In this document: positions 8,829 to 18,136 of the stretch, piece after piece | Layout of the letters: the number at the start of each line of letters is the position of its first letter | How positions within the stretch are numbered: position 1 is the first letter of the stretch | Translations under genes and position numbers: made by a program | Assembly: GCA_019509785.1 (NCBI GenBank) | Contig: JAEKLQ010000037.1 | Coordinates: 3,324-67,323 of the forward strand | DNA length: 64,000 nucleotides | Direction: 5' to 3' | Source of the DNA: Fibrobacterota bacterium | GTDB taxonomy: Bacteria > Fibrobacterota > Fibrobacteria > UBA11236 | Notes under the pieces: model-generated | Seen by the model: only the letters and a program-made list of their open reading frames with translations | Told to the model about the DNA's origin: nothing | Database searches by the model: none

Positions 8829-9929
8829 ATGCCGCGCATCCTGCACGCCGCCGACTTGCACCTTTGCGAGGAGGATAAAGCCTACGGCCTCGCCGTCTTC
8901 GCGGAATTGATCGAAACCGCGCGCGCGGAACGGGTCGATTACCTGCTGTTCTGCGGCGATCTATTCGACACCTTCGCCGACGCCGAGCGCCTTAAGGGCG
9001 AGGTGAGGCGGTTGCTGGGGACGCCTCCTTTCGAATTCCTATATCTGCCTGGGAATCATGAGGAGATCCGCAAGGGCGGGGGAGACTTGGGCCGCTTGGA
9101 CCTGGGCGCGGCCGATCTTCTCGCTACCGCGCCTTGGTCCTTGTTCCGTCGCGAGCACGGCGGCGCTCCCATCGAATTCCTATCCGTGCCCCATCAGGAA
9201 TCGTATTCCGGATACGGAAGCTGGACGATTCCCCGCAAGGAAACCCGTTGGCGGGTAGCCCTGGCCCATGGCCTGGTGGCAGGCCTCGCCTACCGCGGAC
9301 CGGACGATGAAGGCGGGGCCTCCGCCCTGGATCCGGATCTTTTCCAACGCTTCGGCGTCGACTACGCGGCCTTGGGGCACATCCATGGGGCCCGAAGCCA
9401 AAGCTTGGGATCGGTTACCTTCGCCTATCCGGGTTCCAGCCGGGTATGGCGCCGGAATGAATCGGGCGCCCGCGGGGCCTGGCTCGTCGACCTGCCCGAG
9501 CAAGGCCCACTACGGCCCGCTTTCGTGCCATTAAAGGCCGCGGGACAATTCCGGCAATACGCCTTGCCCTTATCGCTCGAAGGCGAACCCGCCGATATCG
9601 AGGCCCTGGCGAAGGAATGGGGAAAGGCCGATTTCATCGTTCTGAGTTTCACCGGCATCGTGGAGGATGAGCAAGCCGTGGCGGCCTTGGCGGAGCGGCT
9701 TCGGACCCGTTACGCCGATCGCGTACGCAAATTCGAGATCGAGAGGGACGAAGTGGTCGCATTGCCGGGCATCGCGGGCCAGCCCTTGGTACGGCGCTTT
9801 CTGGAGGCATGGGAGAAGCGGGTCCCAGCGATCGGCGCTCCCGGCGGCGATGAACGTCGCGCGGACTGGCTGCGCGCCCGCGATCTCGCCCTGGCCGCGC
9901 TGAAGGCCGGCTTGGAGCGGGCGACATGA
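8829..9929 (+). CDS. Calcineurin-like metallophosphoesterase, SbcD/Mre11-type DNA repair exonuclease (YhaO-like)
   Basis: MPRILHAADLHL (motif I), LLFCGDLFD (motif II), LPGNHE (motif III), ALGHIHG (motif V). Start taken at the ATG at 8829 because the longer ORF overlaps the GT9 gene. The stop overlaps the next ATG (ATGA). Confidence 0.8.
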   Translation: MPRILHAADLHLCEEDKAYGLAVFAELIETARAERVDYLLFCGDLFDTFADAERLKGEVRRLLGTPPFEFLYLPGNHEEIRKGGGDLGRLDLGAADLLATAPWSLFRREHGGAPIEFLSVPHQESYSGYGSWTIPRKETRWRVALAHGLVAGLAYRGPDDEGGASALDPDLFQRFGVDYAALGHIHGARSQSLGSVTFAYPGSSRVWRRNESGARGAWLVDLPEQGPLRPAFVPLKAAGQFRQYALPLSLEGEPADIEALAKEWGKADFIVLSFTGIVEDEQAVAALAERLRTRYADRVRKFEIERDEVVALPGIAGQPLVRRFLEAWEKRVPAIGAPGGDERRADWLRARDLALAALKAGLERAT

Positions 9930-12193
9930 TCCGTAAGCTCATCTTCCAGGGTTTCGGGAAGTTCGGGCGGGAAACCTTCGACCTGGCGCCCGTCACCGTG
10001 GTCTTCGGGCCCAACGAAGCGGGTAAAACCACTTTCTTCGACGGCTTGTTCCAGGCCGTATGCCGGCCCAGCGAAGCCAAGAAATCCGGGAAAATCCTGA
10101 AAGAGCGGTATGGCGCCGCCCGCCAGGTCAGCGCCGTCATGGCTAACGAATCTCCCATCACCGACGAAGAGTTCCTGAGTTTGTACGCCATCCGCGCGGG
10201 CGATCTCAACCTGCGCCTGGATCAGGGAACCGATTGGATCGAGAAGCTCAAGGCGCGGCTCTTCCATGGGGGGATCGATCCCGCCGTTCTCATCGCCGAG
10301 TTCCAGAAGCGGAGTTCCGATTCGCGGGCGGTCGTCGTCAACAAGGAATTGGAGAAGGCCCGCGAGGCCGCGGCGCGTACCCGATCGGATCTGGAAAAGC
10401 TCCGCCGGGAACGCGAAGGGCACCTTGCGCGCGAACGGGAAGTAGCGGCCATGGAAGAATCCCTGACCGGCCTGCGCGCGCGTATGGAAGCGGCCCTCGA
10501 GGAGGCGCGTACCATGGAGGCCGAGCTGGAATCGGAGGAGCGCATCGCGCGGCGCCAGAAATTGGCGGCCCACCTTGCTCGCTGGGAAGAATGGTCGGAC
10601 CTGGAGGCGGAAGCGCGTTCGCTGGAATCTTTCGCCGAAGATCGCCGCGCCGAGTTCGAAAACCTGGCCGCCGCCACGCGTACCCTGGCCGAAGCCGTCT
10701 CCTCAGGCCGGGGGAAACGCGATCAATGCGCCGAGCTTTTGGCCGAATCCCGCGCCGAAGCGCGCATGGCCCGGGAGGCCGTCGACGCCGCCGTCTCGCG
10801 CGCGGCCCTGGCCCGCCGTCTGTCCGACGCCTCCCGCGCCTTGCTTGCCGCCGGGGGCGGGGGATTGGGTCGGGGCGGGATGATCACATCTTCCGCATGG
10901 ATCGCGGGCGCCCTGGCCGGAGGCATCGCCGCCCGCGGGCTCCTGGCCCTGGGCGCCATACTCGCGGGTCTGGTCGGGGCCGCGGTTTCGCTCTTCGCTT
11001 CCTTGCGGATGGGGCAACGCGCGGCCGCGCGCCGGCGCGAGTCGTCCTTGGCGGCTTGGAAGGACGAATGGATGGCCGCGGGAAACCCGTCCGAGGGCGT
11101 GGCCGGCCTGTCCTCTTTGGAAGGTTTCACCAAAGCGATGGACGAGAAGGCGCGCGAGAAGGATGCCGCCGAGGCGCGCTCCCGCGAGGCCGCGGCCCGC
11201 TGCGAAACGCGCCAGACCGATTTAGAGCGCGCCGAAGCCGAATGGGGCCGCGGAAAAGACGCGGAAGAGTCCGCGCGCAGGGCCGAACGGGCGTGGCTGC
11301 ATTCCCGAGGTTGCGAGACTTTCGCGGAATACGATCGTAAAACGGCGCGGGTGGCGCAGCTGCGCGGGGAGATCGGCAAGCGCCGGGCCGAACTGGATGT
11401 ATTGGCCGCGGGCGGCTCCCTGGAAGCTTGGCGGGCCGAGGTTCAGCGCAAGCTGCGGGATTTGGATCGGGACGGGGTGCCTGCCGCAGGCCGGGACGAT
11501 GCCGCGCTGCAACGGTTGCGGAACCGCAAGGCCGAGCTGCAACGCGAAAGGGAAGAGGTCGCCCGCCGGGAAAAGGACATGATCGATCGCCGGTCCGGCG
11601 CGGCGGGGGAAATCCGCGGGGCCATCGGCAAATTGGCGGGGGAAATGGTGGCCGCGGAGGATGGCCTGGCCGCCGCCGAAGAAATGGTACGTCGGCTCGA
11701 GTTGGATAAACGCGCGGCCGCCTTAGCCCTGTCCATTTTCCAAGAGATCGGAACGGGGGCGGATATGCTCCTGGCCGGCTTGTCCGGCGAGATCGGCAAC
11801 ATGTTGGCGCGCATCCTGCCCGGCGAACGCGCGGTGGCCTTGGCCGGTCTGGAAGAAGATCGCATCCGGGCCGGGGATGCCGCCGGCACGGCGCGCGCCC
11901 TGCCCAACCTCTCCACCGGGACCCAACATGCGCTGGTGCTGGCCGCCAAGTTGGCCATGGCCCGCAAGCATCGCGAGGGTCCCGGCCTGTTCGTGCTCGA
12001 CGAGCCGTTCCTGGCCATGGACGAGGCCCGCGAGACGCGCGCGCTGGAAATGTTGCGCGAGTTCCATCTACGGCATGGCTGGCAATTCATCCTCCTGACC
12101 AAGGAGGCGCGCCTGCGGGACAAGATGGGATCCCTTTTCGCCGATGTCCGCATCATCGAGTTGCAGGCGTCGGGTAGGGAAACTCCCGATTAA
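9926..12193 (+). CDS. SbcC/Rad50-like AAA ATPase with coiled coils and a central predicted transmembrane hairpin (YhaN-like)
   Basis: Walker A VVFGPNEAGKTTFFDG. Long Glu/Arg/Ala-rich coiled-coil regions. Signature-like LSTGTQHAL and Walker B LFVLDEPFLAMDE near the C-terminus. A hydrophobic stretch ITSSAWIAGALAGGIAARGLLALGAILAGLVGAAVSLFASL lies at about 10880-11005. Confidence 0.8.
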   Translation: MIRKLIFQGFGKFGRETFDLAPVTVVFGPNEAGKTTFFDGLFQAVCRPSEAKKSGKILKERYGAARQVSAVMANESPITDEEFLSLYAIRAGDLNLRLDQGTDWIEKLKARLFHGGIDPAVLIAEFQKRSSDSRAVVVNKELEKAREAAARTRSDLEKLRREREGHLAREREVAAMEESLTGLRARMEAALEEARTMEAELESEERIARRQKLAAHLARWEEWSDLEAEARSLESFAEDRRAEFENLAAATRTLAEAVSSGRGKRDQCAELLAESRAEARMAREAVDAAVSRAALARRLSDASRALLAAGGGGLGRGGMITSSAWIAGALAGGIAARGLLALGAILAGLVGAAVSLFASLRMGQRAAARRRESSLAAWKDEWMAAGNPSEGVAGLSSLEGFTKAMDEKAREKDAAEARSREAAARCETRQTDLERAEAEWGRGKDAEESARRAERAWLHSRGCETFAEYDRKTARVAQLRGEIGKRRAELDVLAAGGSLEAWRAEVQRKLRDLDRDGVPAAGRDDAALQRLRNRKAELQREREEVARREKDMIDRRSGAAGEIRGAIGKLAGEMVAAEDGLAAAEEMVRRLELDKRAAALALSIFQEIGTGADMLLAGLSGEIGNMLARILPGERAVALAGLEEDRIRAGDAAGTARALPNLSTGTQHALVLAAKLAMARKHREGPGLFVLDEPFLAMDEARETRALEMLREFHLRHGWQFILLTKEARLRDKMGSLFADVRIIELQASGRETPD

Positions 12194-12345
12194 GGCCAAG
12201 TTGACCTTCCCCAGGTAACCGATCCGGCCTCGTGGCGCGTCGTAACCGGAAGGATCGTACCGGAAGCGCGTCTATTTCGTCTGCAACTCGCGGCGTTTCC
12301 CGTATCCATCGGGCATCCGCAAATGTTATTATAGGAGGACTCCCC

Positions 12346-14196
12346 ATGGCCGTCGAAACCGGGACATTGAATGCCGCCGCCGCGACTCTCGCCTCTTCCT
12401 CCTCATTCGCTGGGAGCTATCCGATGACCGATTCCTTCCGGACCTTGCCGGGCCTGCTCAAATACGTGGAAGCCAAGTTCCGGAACCCGGCCACGCTGGG
12501 TTACAAGAAGGATGGCGCATGGGTCGGCATATCGACCCAGGAGATGGGCGAAACCGTGCGTCGGCTTTCCTCCGGGCTGGTGGAACTCGGCCTCAAGCCC
12601 GGCGACAAGGTCGGCATCGTGGCCGATCCTTCCCCTTTCTGGATGATGATGGATCTCGCAATCCTGGGGGCCGGAGCCATTTCGGTGCCGATGTTCGCCA
12701 ACATCTCCCATGAGAATCTCAACTTCGAAATCCAGGATTCCGGGATGCGGTTCCTCTTCGTCGGCTCCCTGGAACAGTACGAGGCCATGAAACCCTTCTT
12801 CGGCCGCCTGGAAAAGATCCTCGCCATGGCGCCGCAAGCGGCTTCCGCCGGGGACGCCAAGGTGGTCGCCTTCCAAGCCCTGCTGGACCTAGGCTCCAAG
12901 CGCATCGCCGCCCACCCCGGCGAGTACCTCCGCCTATCCGAAGGCATCAACGAGCAGGATACCGCCACCCTCATCTACACCTCTGGAAGCACGGGAATGC
13001 CCAAGGGCGTCACCCTGACCCATCGCAACCTGGTCACCCAGGTCATGGGCGCGGTCAAGCGTTTCCCTCTCGATCCCAAGACCGACGTCATCCTCTCTTG
13101 CCTCCCCTTGGCCCACGTCTTCGAACGCCTGGTGGCGTACTACTACCTGTACTCAGGTTGCCCCCTCTACTTCGCGGAAGAAATCAAAAAGGTCGGGGAT
13201 AACCTGCGCGAACTGCACCCTACCGTCATCACCATGGTGCCGCGTTTGTTGGAGAAGGTGCATGCGCGTTTCCAGGCCAACCTGGAATTGGCGAAGGGTT
13301 TCAAGAAAACCCTGGGGATGAAAGCCTGGGAAAGGGCGCATAAGAAGGAGCCGGGCAGCAAGGATAACTGGAAGGACAAGCTGTACGACGCGTTGGTTTA
13401 TAAGAAGATGCGCGAGGGCCTGGGCGGCCGATTGCGCTTGGCGATTTCCGGTAGCGCCCCGCTGGATCCGGCCCTGGCCGCTTTCCTGTTGAACATCGGC
13501 ATCCCGATTTACGAAGGCTACGGATTGACCGAGGCCTCCCCCGTGATCGCCTGCAATTATCCCGGCCATCGCAAGCTGGGCACCGTGGGCCTGGCTTTCC
13601 CCGGCGTGGAAGTGAAAATCGCCGATGATGGCGAAATCATGGCCCGCGGCCCGAATATCATGAAGGGCTACCACAACAAGCCGGTAGAGACCGCCGAAGT
13701 CATAGACAAGATGGGTTGGCTGCATACCGGGGACCTCGGGCACGTCGATAACGAGAACTTCATCAAGATCACCGGCCGCAAGAAGGAACTCTTCAAGACG
13801 GCGAACGGCAAATACGTGGCTCCCGTCCCCATCGAGGCCGCCATCGCGTCCAGTAAGCTGGCGGATATGGTGATGGTGGTGGCGGAAGGGAAACCCTTCA
13901 CGACATGCCTCATCTTCCCTGATTTCGAAAACCTGAAGGTCGTGAAACAGGAGCTGGGAGCCGAGACGGCCGAGAACGGCGCCTTCCTCGACAGCGCCGA
14001 GGCCAAGGCCTACGTGCAAAAGACCGTGGACGAGGTGAACGCCAAGTTGAACCATTGGGAGCAGATCCAGAAGTTCCGGATCATCAAGACGCCCATTTCC
14101 ATCGATACCGGAGAACTTACCCCGACCATGAAAATCCGCCGCCATGTTGTCATGGAAAAATGCCGGGCGGAAATCGATTCGATGTACCGGTCGTAA
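12346..14196 (+). CDS. fadD: Long-chain-fatty-acid--CoA ligase (AMP-dependent synthetase)
   Basis: AMP-binding motif TLIYTSGSTGMPKGVTLTHRNL, then EGYGLTE, TGDLG and GRKKELFKTANGKYVAP. AGGAGGA lies 6 nt upstream of the ATG at 12346. Confidence 0.9.
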   Translation: MAVETGTLNAAAATLASSSSFAGSYPMTDSFRTLPGLLKYVEAKFRNPATLGYKKDGAWVGISTQEMGETVRRLSSGLVELGLKPGDKVGIVADPSPFWMMMDLAILGAGAISVPMFANISHENLNFEIQDSGMRFLFVGSLEQYEAMKPFFGRLEKILAMAPQAASAGDAKVVAFQALLDLGSKRIAAHPGEYLRLSEGINEQDTATLIYTSGSTGMPKGVTLTHRNLVTQVMGAVKRFPLDPKTDVILSCLPLAHVFERLVAYYYLYSGCPLYFAEEIKKVGDNLRELHPTVITMVPRLLEKVHARFQANLELAKGFKKTLGMKAWERAHKKEPGSKDNWKDKLYDALVYKKMREGLGGRLRLAISGSAPLDPALAAFLLNIGIPIYEGYGLTEASPVIACNYPGHRKLGTVGLAFPGVEVKIADDGEIMARGPNIMKGYHNKPVETAEVIDKMGWLHTGDLGHVDNENFIKITGRKKELFKTANGKYVAPVPIEAAIASSKLADMVMVVAEGKPFTTCLIFPDFENLKVVKQELGAETAENGAFLDSAEAKAYVQKTVDEVNAKLNHWEQIQKFRIIKTPISIDTGELTPTMKIRRHVVMEKCRAEIDSMYRS

Positions 14197-14199
14197 GAA

Positions 14200-14219
14200 C
14201 AATTTCCGCGCGGAAATTG
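14200..14219. promoter_or_regulatory. Perfect 20-bp palindrome CAATTTCCGCGCGGAAATTG between fadD and fadN (operator-like or hairpin)
   Basis: The sequence is its own reverse complement. It starts 4 nt after the fadD stop. It is AT-rich at the edges and has no following U-tract. Confidence 0.4.
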
Positions 14220-14338
14220 ATTCCATGCACCGCCCCTAAGTACAATATTAGAGGTATCGCCGCCCGATCCGGGCCGGCGGTCGCGGACGCCGAAACGCGG
14301 CGCCGCCAGAATCCTTCCCCTTCCCCGGAGGAGCCTCT

Positions 14339-16675
14339 ATGCAACCCATCCGCAGCGCCACCGTCATCGGCTCCGGCATCATGGGATCCCAGATCGCCGC
14401 CCACCTGGCCGGATGCGGCATCCCCGTCCTGCTCCTCGACATCCCCACCGAAGGGAAGGACCGCAACGCGGTGGCCAACAAGGGTCGAGATGGGTTGAAG
14501 AAGGTGAAGCCCTCGCCGCTTTATTCCACCGAAGCCCTGGATTTGATCAGCACCGGCAATACCGCCGATCATCTGGCCGAAGCGGGCAAGACGGATTGGA
14601 TCATCGAAGCCATTATCGAACAGCCCAAGCCCAAGCAGGAGTTGTTCCAGAAGCTGGCCCCGCTGATGGGGCCGGATACCATCCTGGCCACCAACACTTC
14701 GGGCATACCGCTCAAGGTATTAGGCGAAGGCCTGCCGGAATCGGTGCAACAGCGTTTCATCGGCACGCATTTCTTCAATCCGCCGCGCTACCTGCGGCTA
14801 GTGGAAGTCATCCGCGGACCCAAGACCTCGCAGACCACCGCCGACCGCATCGAGCATGTCCTCAATGCCGTGCTCAACAAGGTGCCCGTTCCCGCCTTGG
14901 ATTCGCCGACCTTCATCGCCAATCGCATCGGGGTGCAAGCCATGGTGGCGACCGTGAAAATCGCCAAGGAGATGGGCCTGTCCGTGGAAGAAGTGGACGC
15001 CTTGACCGGGCCACTACTAGGCCGGCCCAAGACCGGCACCTTCAAGCTTGTGGACCTGGTGGGCATCGATACCCTCGGCCATATCATCAACGGCCTCAAG
15101 CAGGCCTTCCCGAAGGAAGACTTCTCCATCGATCCCGTGATCCAGGGCCTCATCGACAAGAAATTCTTCGGGCGGAAATCCAACGCGGGTTTCTATCGCA
15201 AGGGCAAATCGAAAGAGGACATGGAGGTCGTCGACCTCAAGACCGGCGAGTACCGCCCCGAAGCCAAGGCCCGCTTCGAAGAGCTGAAGGACATCTCCAA
15301 GGAAGAGAACGCGGAGAAGAAGTTCCGCAAGTTGTTCGCCGCCCAGGGCCGCGGCGCCGAGGCCGCCCAACGCATCCTGTCTTCAACCTTGGCCTATGCC
15401 GCCACCGTCGCGCCCGGCATCACGGAAGAACTGTCCTACGTCGACGAAGCCATGGAACTGGGCTTCGGCTGGGAAACCGGACCCTTCAAGATCATCGACG
15501 CCATCGGCCCGGAAGCCTTCCAGGCGGCCTGCGCCAAGTTCAAGATCGAGGCCCCCGCCTGGCTTTTCCAATCCGTAGGCGGCGATGCCCGCACCTATCA
15601 GGTCGAAGGCGGCCGGGTCCTGATCCGGGACTTGCCCAGGACGGGATCGGCCGGTGGCCGGCATGAGATGAAGTCCCGCGGCTTCAACCTCGCGCGACAT
15701 CGCGCCAGCCATAAGCCGGTCATCGCCACCACCGATGCCACCCTGTGGGACATGGGCGACAAGATCCTCTTGCTCGAATTCCATTCCAAGATGAATTCCA
15801 TGGGCCCCATCTCCCTCGACATGATCATGAAGTCGGTGGATAAGGCCAACGACGGCTGGGACGGCCTCGTGATCGGCAACCAGGGCGCCAACTTCTGCGC
15901 CGGCGCCAACATCGCCATGGTGCTGATGGACGCCGCCAACGGCGAATTCGACAACGTCGATCAGGCCATCCGCATCTTCCAGAAGGCCAGCATGGCCATC
16001 AAGTATTCCGGCGTGCCGGTCATCGTTTCGCCGCATAACATGGCTTTGGGCGGCGGCTGCGAATTCGTTTTGCATAGCAATCGCCCCGTGCTTTCGCCCG
16101 AAACCTATCTGGGCCTAGTGGAAGTGGGCGTGGGGCTTCTGCCCGCCGGCGGCGGGACCAAGGAATTGGCATTGCGCACCTACCAAAGCGGGCGCGGCCC
16201 CTTGACCTTGCCCGCCCTCGCCAAGGTCTTCGAGCTCATCGCAACCGCCAAGGTCTCGACCAGCGCCAAGGAAGCTTTCGAATTGGGATACCTCGACAAG
16301 CGCGCCGTCATCGCCGCGAACGAATCGACGCGCCTGGATCAGGCCAAGGCCGAAGCCATGGCCATGGCCCGCGCCGGCTATCGCCCGCCCGCGCCCGCCC
16401 TGAAGATCGAGGTGTTGGGAACCGAGGCCATCGCCGCCTTCGAGACCGGTATCTTCATGCTGCGCGAAGCGGGCTACGCTTCCGAGCACGACGCCTATAT
16501 CGCCCGCGAGGTCGGCCATATCCTGGCCGGCGGCAAGGTTACCGCGGGAACCATGGTGGACGAGGATTACCTGCTGGAATTGGAGCGGGAAGGTTTCCTG
16601 AAGCTGGTGGGGACGAAGAAGTCCCAGGAGCGGATCGAGTTCATGCTCAAGAAGGGCAAGCCGTTGAGGAACTAG
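14339..16675 (+). CDS. fadN: Bifunctional 3-hydroxyacyl-CoA dehydrogenase / enoyl-CoA hydratase (dehydrogenase domain N-terminal, FadN-type order)
   Basis: N-terminal NAD fold VIGSGIMGSQIAAHLAGCGIPVLLLDI and HFFNPPRYLRLVEV. The C-terminal crotonase motif is GANFCAGANIAMV. GGAGGAG lies upstream of the ATG. Confidence 0.9.
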   Translation: MQPIRSATVIGSGIMGSQIAAHLAGCGIPVLLLDIPTEGKDRNAVANKGRDGLKKVKPSPLYSTEALDLISTGNTADHLAEAGKTDWIIEAIIEQPKPKQELFQKLAPLMGPDTILATNTSGIPLKVLGEGLPESVQQRFIGTHFFNPPRYLRLVEVIRGPKTSQTTADRIEHVLNAVLNKVPVPALDSPTFIANRIGVQAMVATVKIAKEMGLSVEEVDALTGPLLGRPKTGTFKLVDLVGIDTLGHIINGLKQAFPKEDFSIDPVIQGLIDKKFFGRKSNAGFYRKGKSKEDMEVVDLKTGEYRPEAKARFEELKDISKEENAEKKFRKLFAAQGRGAEAAQRILSSTLAYAATVAPGITEELSYVDEAMELGFGWETGPFKIIDAIGPEAFQAACAKFKIEAPAWLFQSVGGDARTYQVEGGRVLIRDLPRTGSAGGRHEMKSRGFNLARHRASHKPVIATTDATLWDMGDKILLLEFHSKMNSMGPISLDMIMKSVDKANDGWDGLVIGNQGANFCAGANIAMVLMDAANGEFDNVDQAIRIFQKASMAIKYSGVPVIVSPHNMALGGGCEFVLHSNRPVLSPETYLGLVEVGVGLLPAGGGTKELALRTYQSGRGPLTLPALAKVFELIATAKVSTSAKEAFELGYLDKRAVIAANESTRLDQAKAEAMAMARAGYRPPAPALKIEVLGTEAIAAFETGIFMLREAGYASEHDAYIAREVGHILAGGKVTAGTMVDEDYLLELEREGFLKLVGTKKSQERIEFMLKKGKPLRN

Positions 16676-16690
16676 TGATAGAAGGCAAAG

Positions 16691-16796
16691 AAGGGTAAAG
16701 GGTTAAGGGTCAAGGGTCAAGGGCGGAGACCGGAATGGATCGACCTACCGGCGCGCAGCGCCGCCTGCACCCTTAACCCTTAACCCTTTACACTTA
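16691..16796. repeat. AGGGTNN-heptamer palindromic intergenic element, copy 1 (fadN-fadA spacer)
   Basis: The G-arm A AGGGTAA AGGGTTA AGGGTCA AGGGTCA AGGG (16691-16723) faces the C-arm CACCCTTAACCCTTAACCCTTTACACTT (16769-16796). About 23 bp pair with one mismatch, and the spacer is about 45 nt. Confidence 0.8.
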
Positions 16797-16833
16797 CCAC
16801 GAAATCAGACAAACAAGATCGGAGAGGTGAATC

Positions 16834-18012
16834 ATGAGTGAAGCAGTCATCGTAGCGGGGGTCCGCACTCCCGTCGGCAAAGCCGGCAAAGGGTCCTTCA
16901 CCCACGTCCGTTCCGATACCCTGGCGGCCATCACCGTGCGCGAAGTGCTCAAGCGCGCGCCGGGAATCAAACCCGAGGATATCGAGGATCTGATCCTCGG
17001 ATGCGCCATGCCGGAAGCGGAACAAGGCATGAACGTGGCCCGCATGGTTGGCCTCATGTCCGGCCTGCCCGACAGGACCGCGGCCATGACTATCAACCGG
17101 TATTGCTCCTCGGGATTGCAATCCATCGCCCTGGCCAGCGATCGGATCAACCTGGGGGACGCGGAAGCCATCCTGGCGGGCGGGCTGGAGAGCATGTCCA
17201 TGATCCCCATGGGCGGTCATAAGATCGCGCCCAACCCCGAACTGGTGGGCAAGCGCCCGGAATCGTACATGACCATGGGGCTGACCGCGGAACGCGTGGC
17301 CGCGAAATTCGGCATCACGCGCGAACAACAGGATGCCTTCTCGCTGCGGTCGCACCAGAAAGCCTTCGCCGCCATCCAAGCCGGGAAATTCAAGGACGAA
17401 ATCGTCCCGGTGGTGTGGACGGAGACGCAATTGGATCGGCATAAGAAAGAGAAGTCCATCGAGCGCACCTTAGCCCAGGACGAAGGCCCCCGCGCCGATA
17501 CGACCTTGGAAGCCTTGGGCGGGCTTAAGCCCGCCTTCAAGAACAACGGTACGGTGACCGCGGGCAACAGCTCCCAAGTGAGCGATGGCGCGGCCATGAC
17601 CCTGGTGGTCTCCCGGAAGTTCGCCGAGTCCCGGGGCTTAAAGCCCATCGCCCGCCTGGTCAAATTCGCCGTCGTCGGTTGCGCGCCGGAAATCATGGGC
17701 ATCGGCCCGGCGGAGGCCATTCCCGCGGTCCTCAAGAAGGCGGGCCTTTCCAAGGACCAGATCGATCTCATCGAGTTGAACGAAGCCTTCGCGTCCCAAA
17801 GCCTGGCCGTGCTCAAGGCCATCGACTTCCCGGAAGAGAAGGTGAACGTGAACGGCGGCGCCATCGCCTTGGGCCATCCCCTGGGTTGCACCGGCACCAA
17901 GCTCACCGTGACCCTGCTGAACGAGCTCAAGCGCCGCGGCGGCAAGTACGGCATCGTATCGATGTGCATCGGCGGTGGCATGGGCGCGGCCGGCCTCTTC
18001 GAAATGCTGTAA
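16834..18012 (+). CDS. fadA: Acetyl-CoA C-acyltransferase (3-ketoacyl-CoA thiolase)
   Basis: Active-site region NRYCSSGLQSIA, NGGAIALGHPLGCTG and CIGGGMG. GGAGAGG lies upstream of the ATG. Confidence 0.9.
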   Translation: MSEAVIVAGVRTPVGKAGKGSFTHVRSDTLAAITVREVLKRAPGIKPEDIEDLILGCAMPEAEQGMNVARMVGLMSGLPDRTAAMTINRYCSSGLQSIALASDRINLGDAEAILAGGLESMSMIPMGGHKIAPNPELVGKRPESYMTMGLTAERVAAKFGITREQQDAFSLRSHQKAFAAIQAGKFKDEIVPVVWTETQLDRHKKEKSIERTLAQDEGPRADTTLEALGGLKPAFKNNGTVTAGNSSQVSDGAAMTLVVSRKFAESRGLKPIARLVKFAVVGCAPEIMGIGPAEAIPAVLKKAGLSKDQIDLIELNEAFASQSLAVLKAIDFPEEKVNVNGGAIALGHPLGCTGTKLTVTLLNELKRRGGKYGIVSMCIGGGMGAAGLFEML

Positions 18013-18136
18013 CCCCACGGTTTCCCCGTTAGGACCCTCGGCCCATCCCGGAGCCGGGGGTTTTATAGTGCCATGAGTTATATTTCGGCCACTCATGGCC
18101 ATCGTTTCCCCTGGTTTTTCCGTTCCCCCCGAACCC

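Noticed and set aside
10234-11340. 368-aa + strand alternative-frame ORF (Arg/Gly/Pro-rich) and several minus-strand ORFs inside the SbcC-like gene
   Set aside because: These are out-of-frame and antisense products of a GC-rich coiled-coil region (GAG/GCG/CGC-rich). Only the 9926 frame carries the Walker A, signature and Walker B motifs.
16691-16796. The heptamer arrays as a CRISPR array, a true telomere, or eukaryotic (plant TTTAGGG) contamination
   Set aside because: The units are 7 nt with no spacers of CRISPR size, the arrays are only about five units long, and they occur as inverted pairs within bacterial operon spacers flanked by intact bacterial genes. No cas genes are present in the window.
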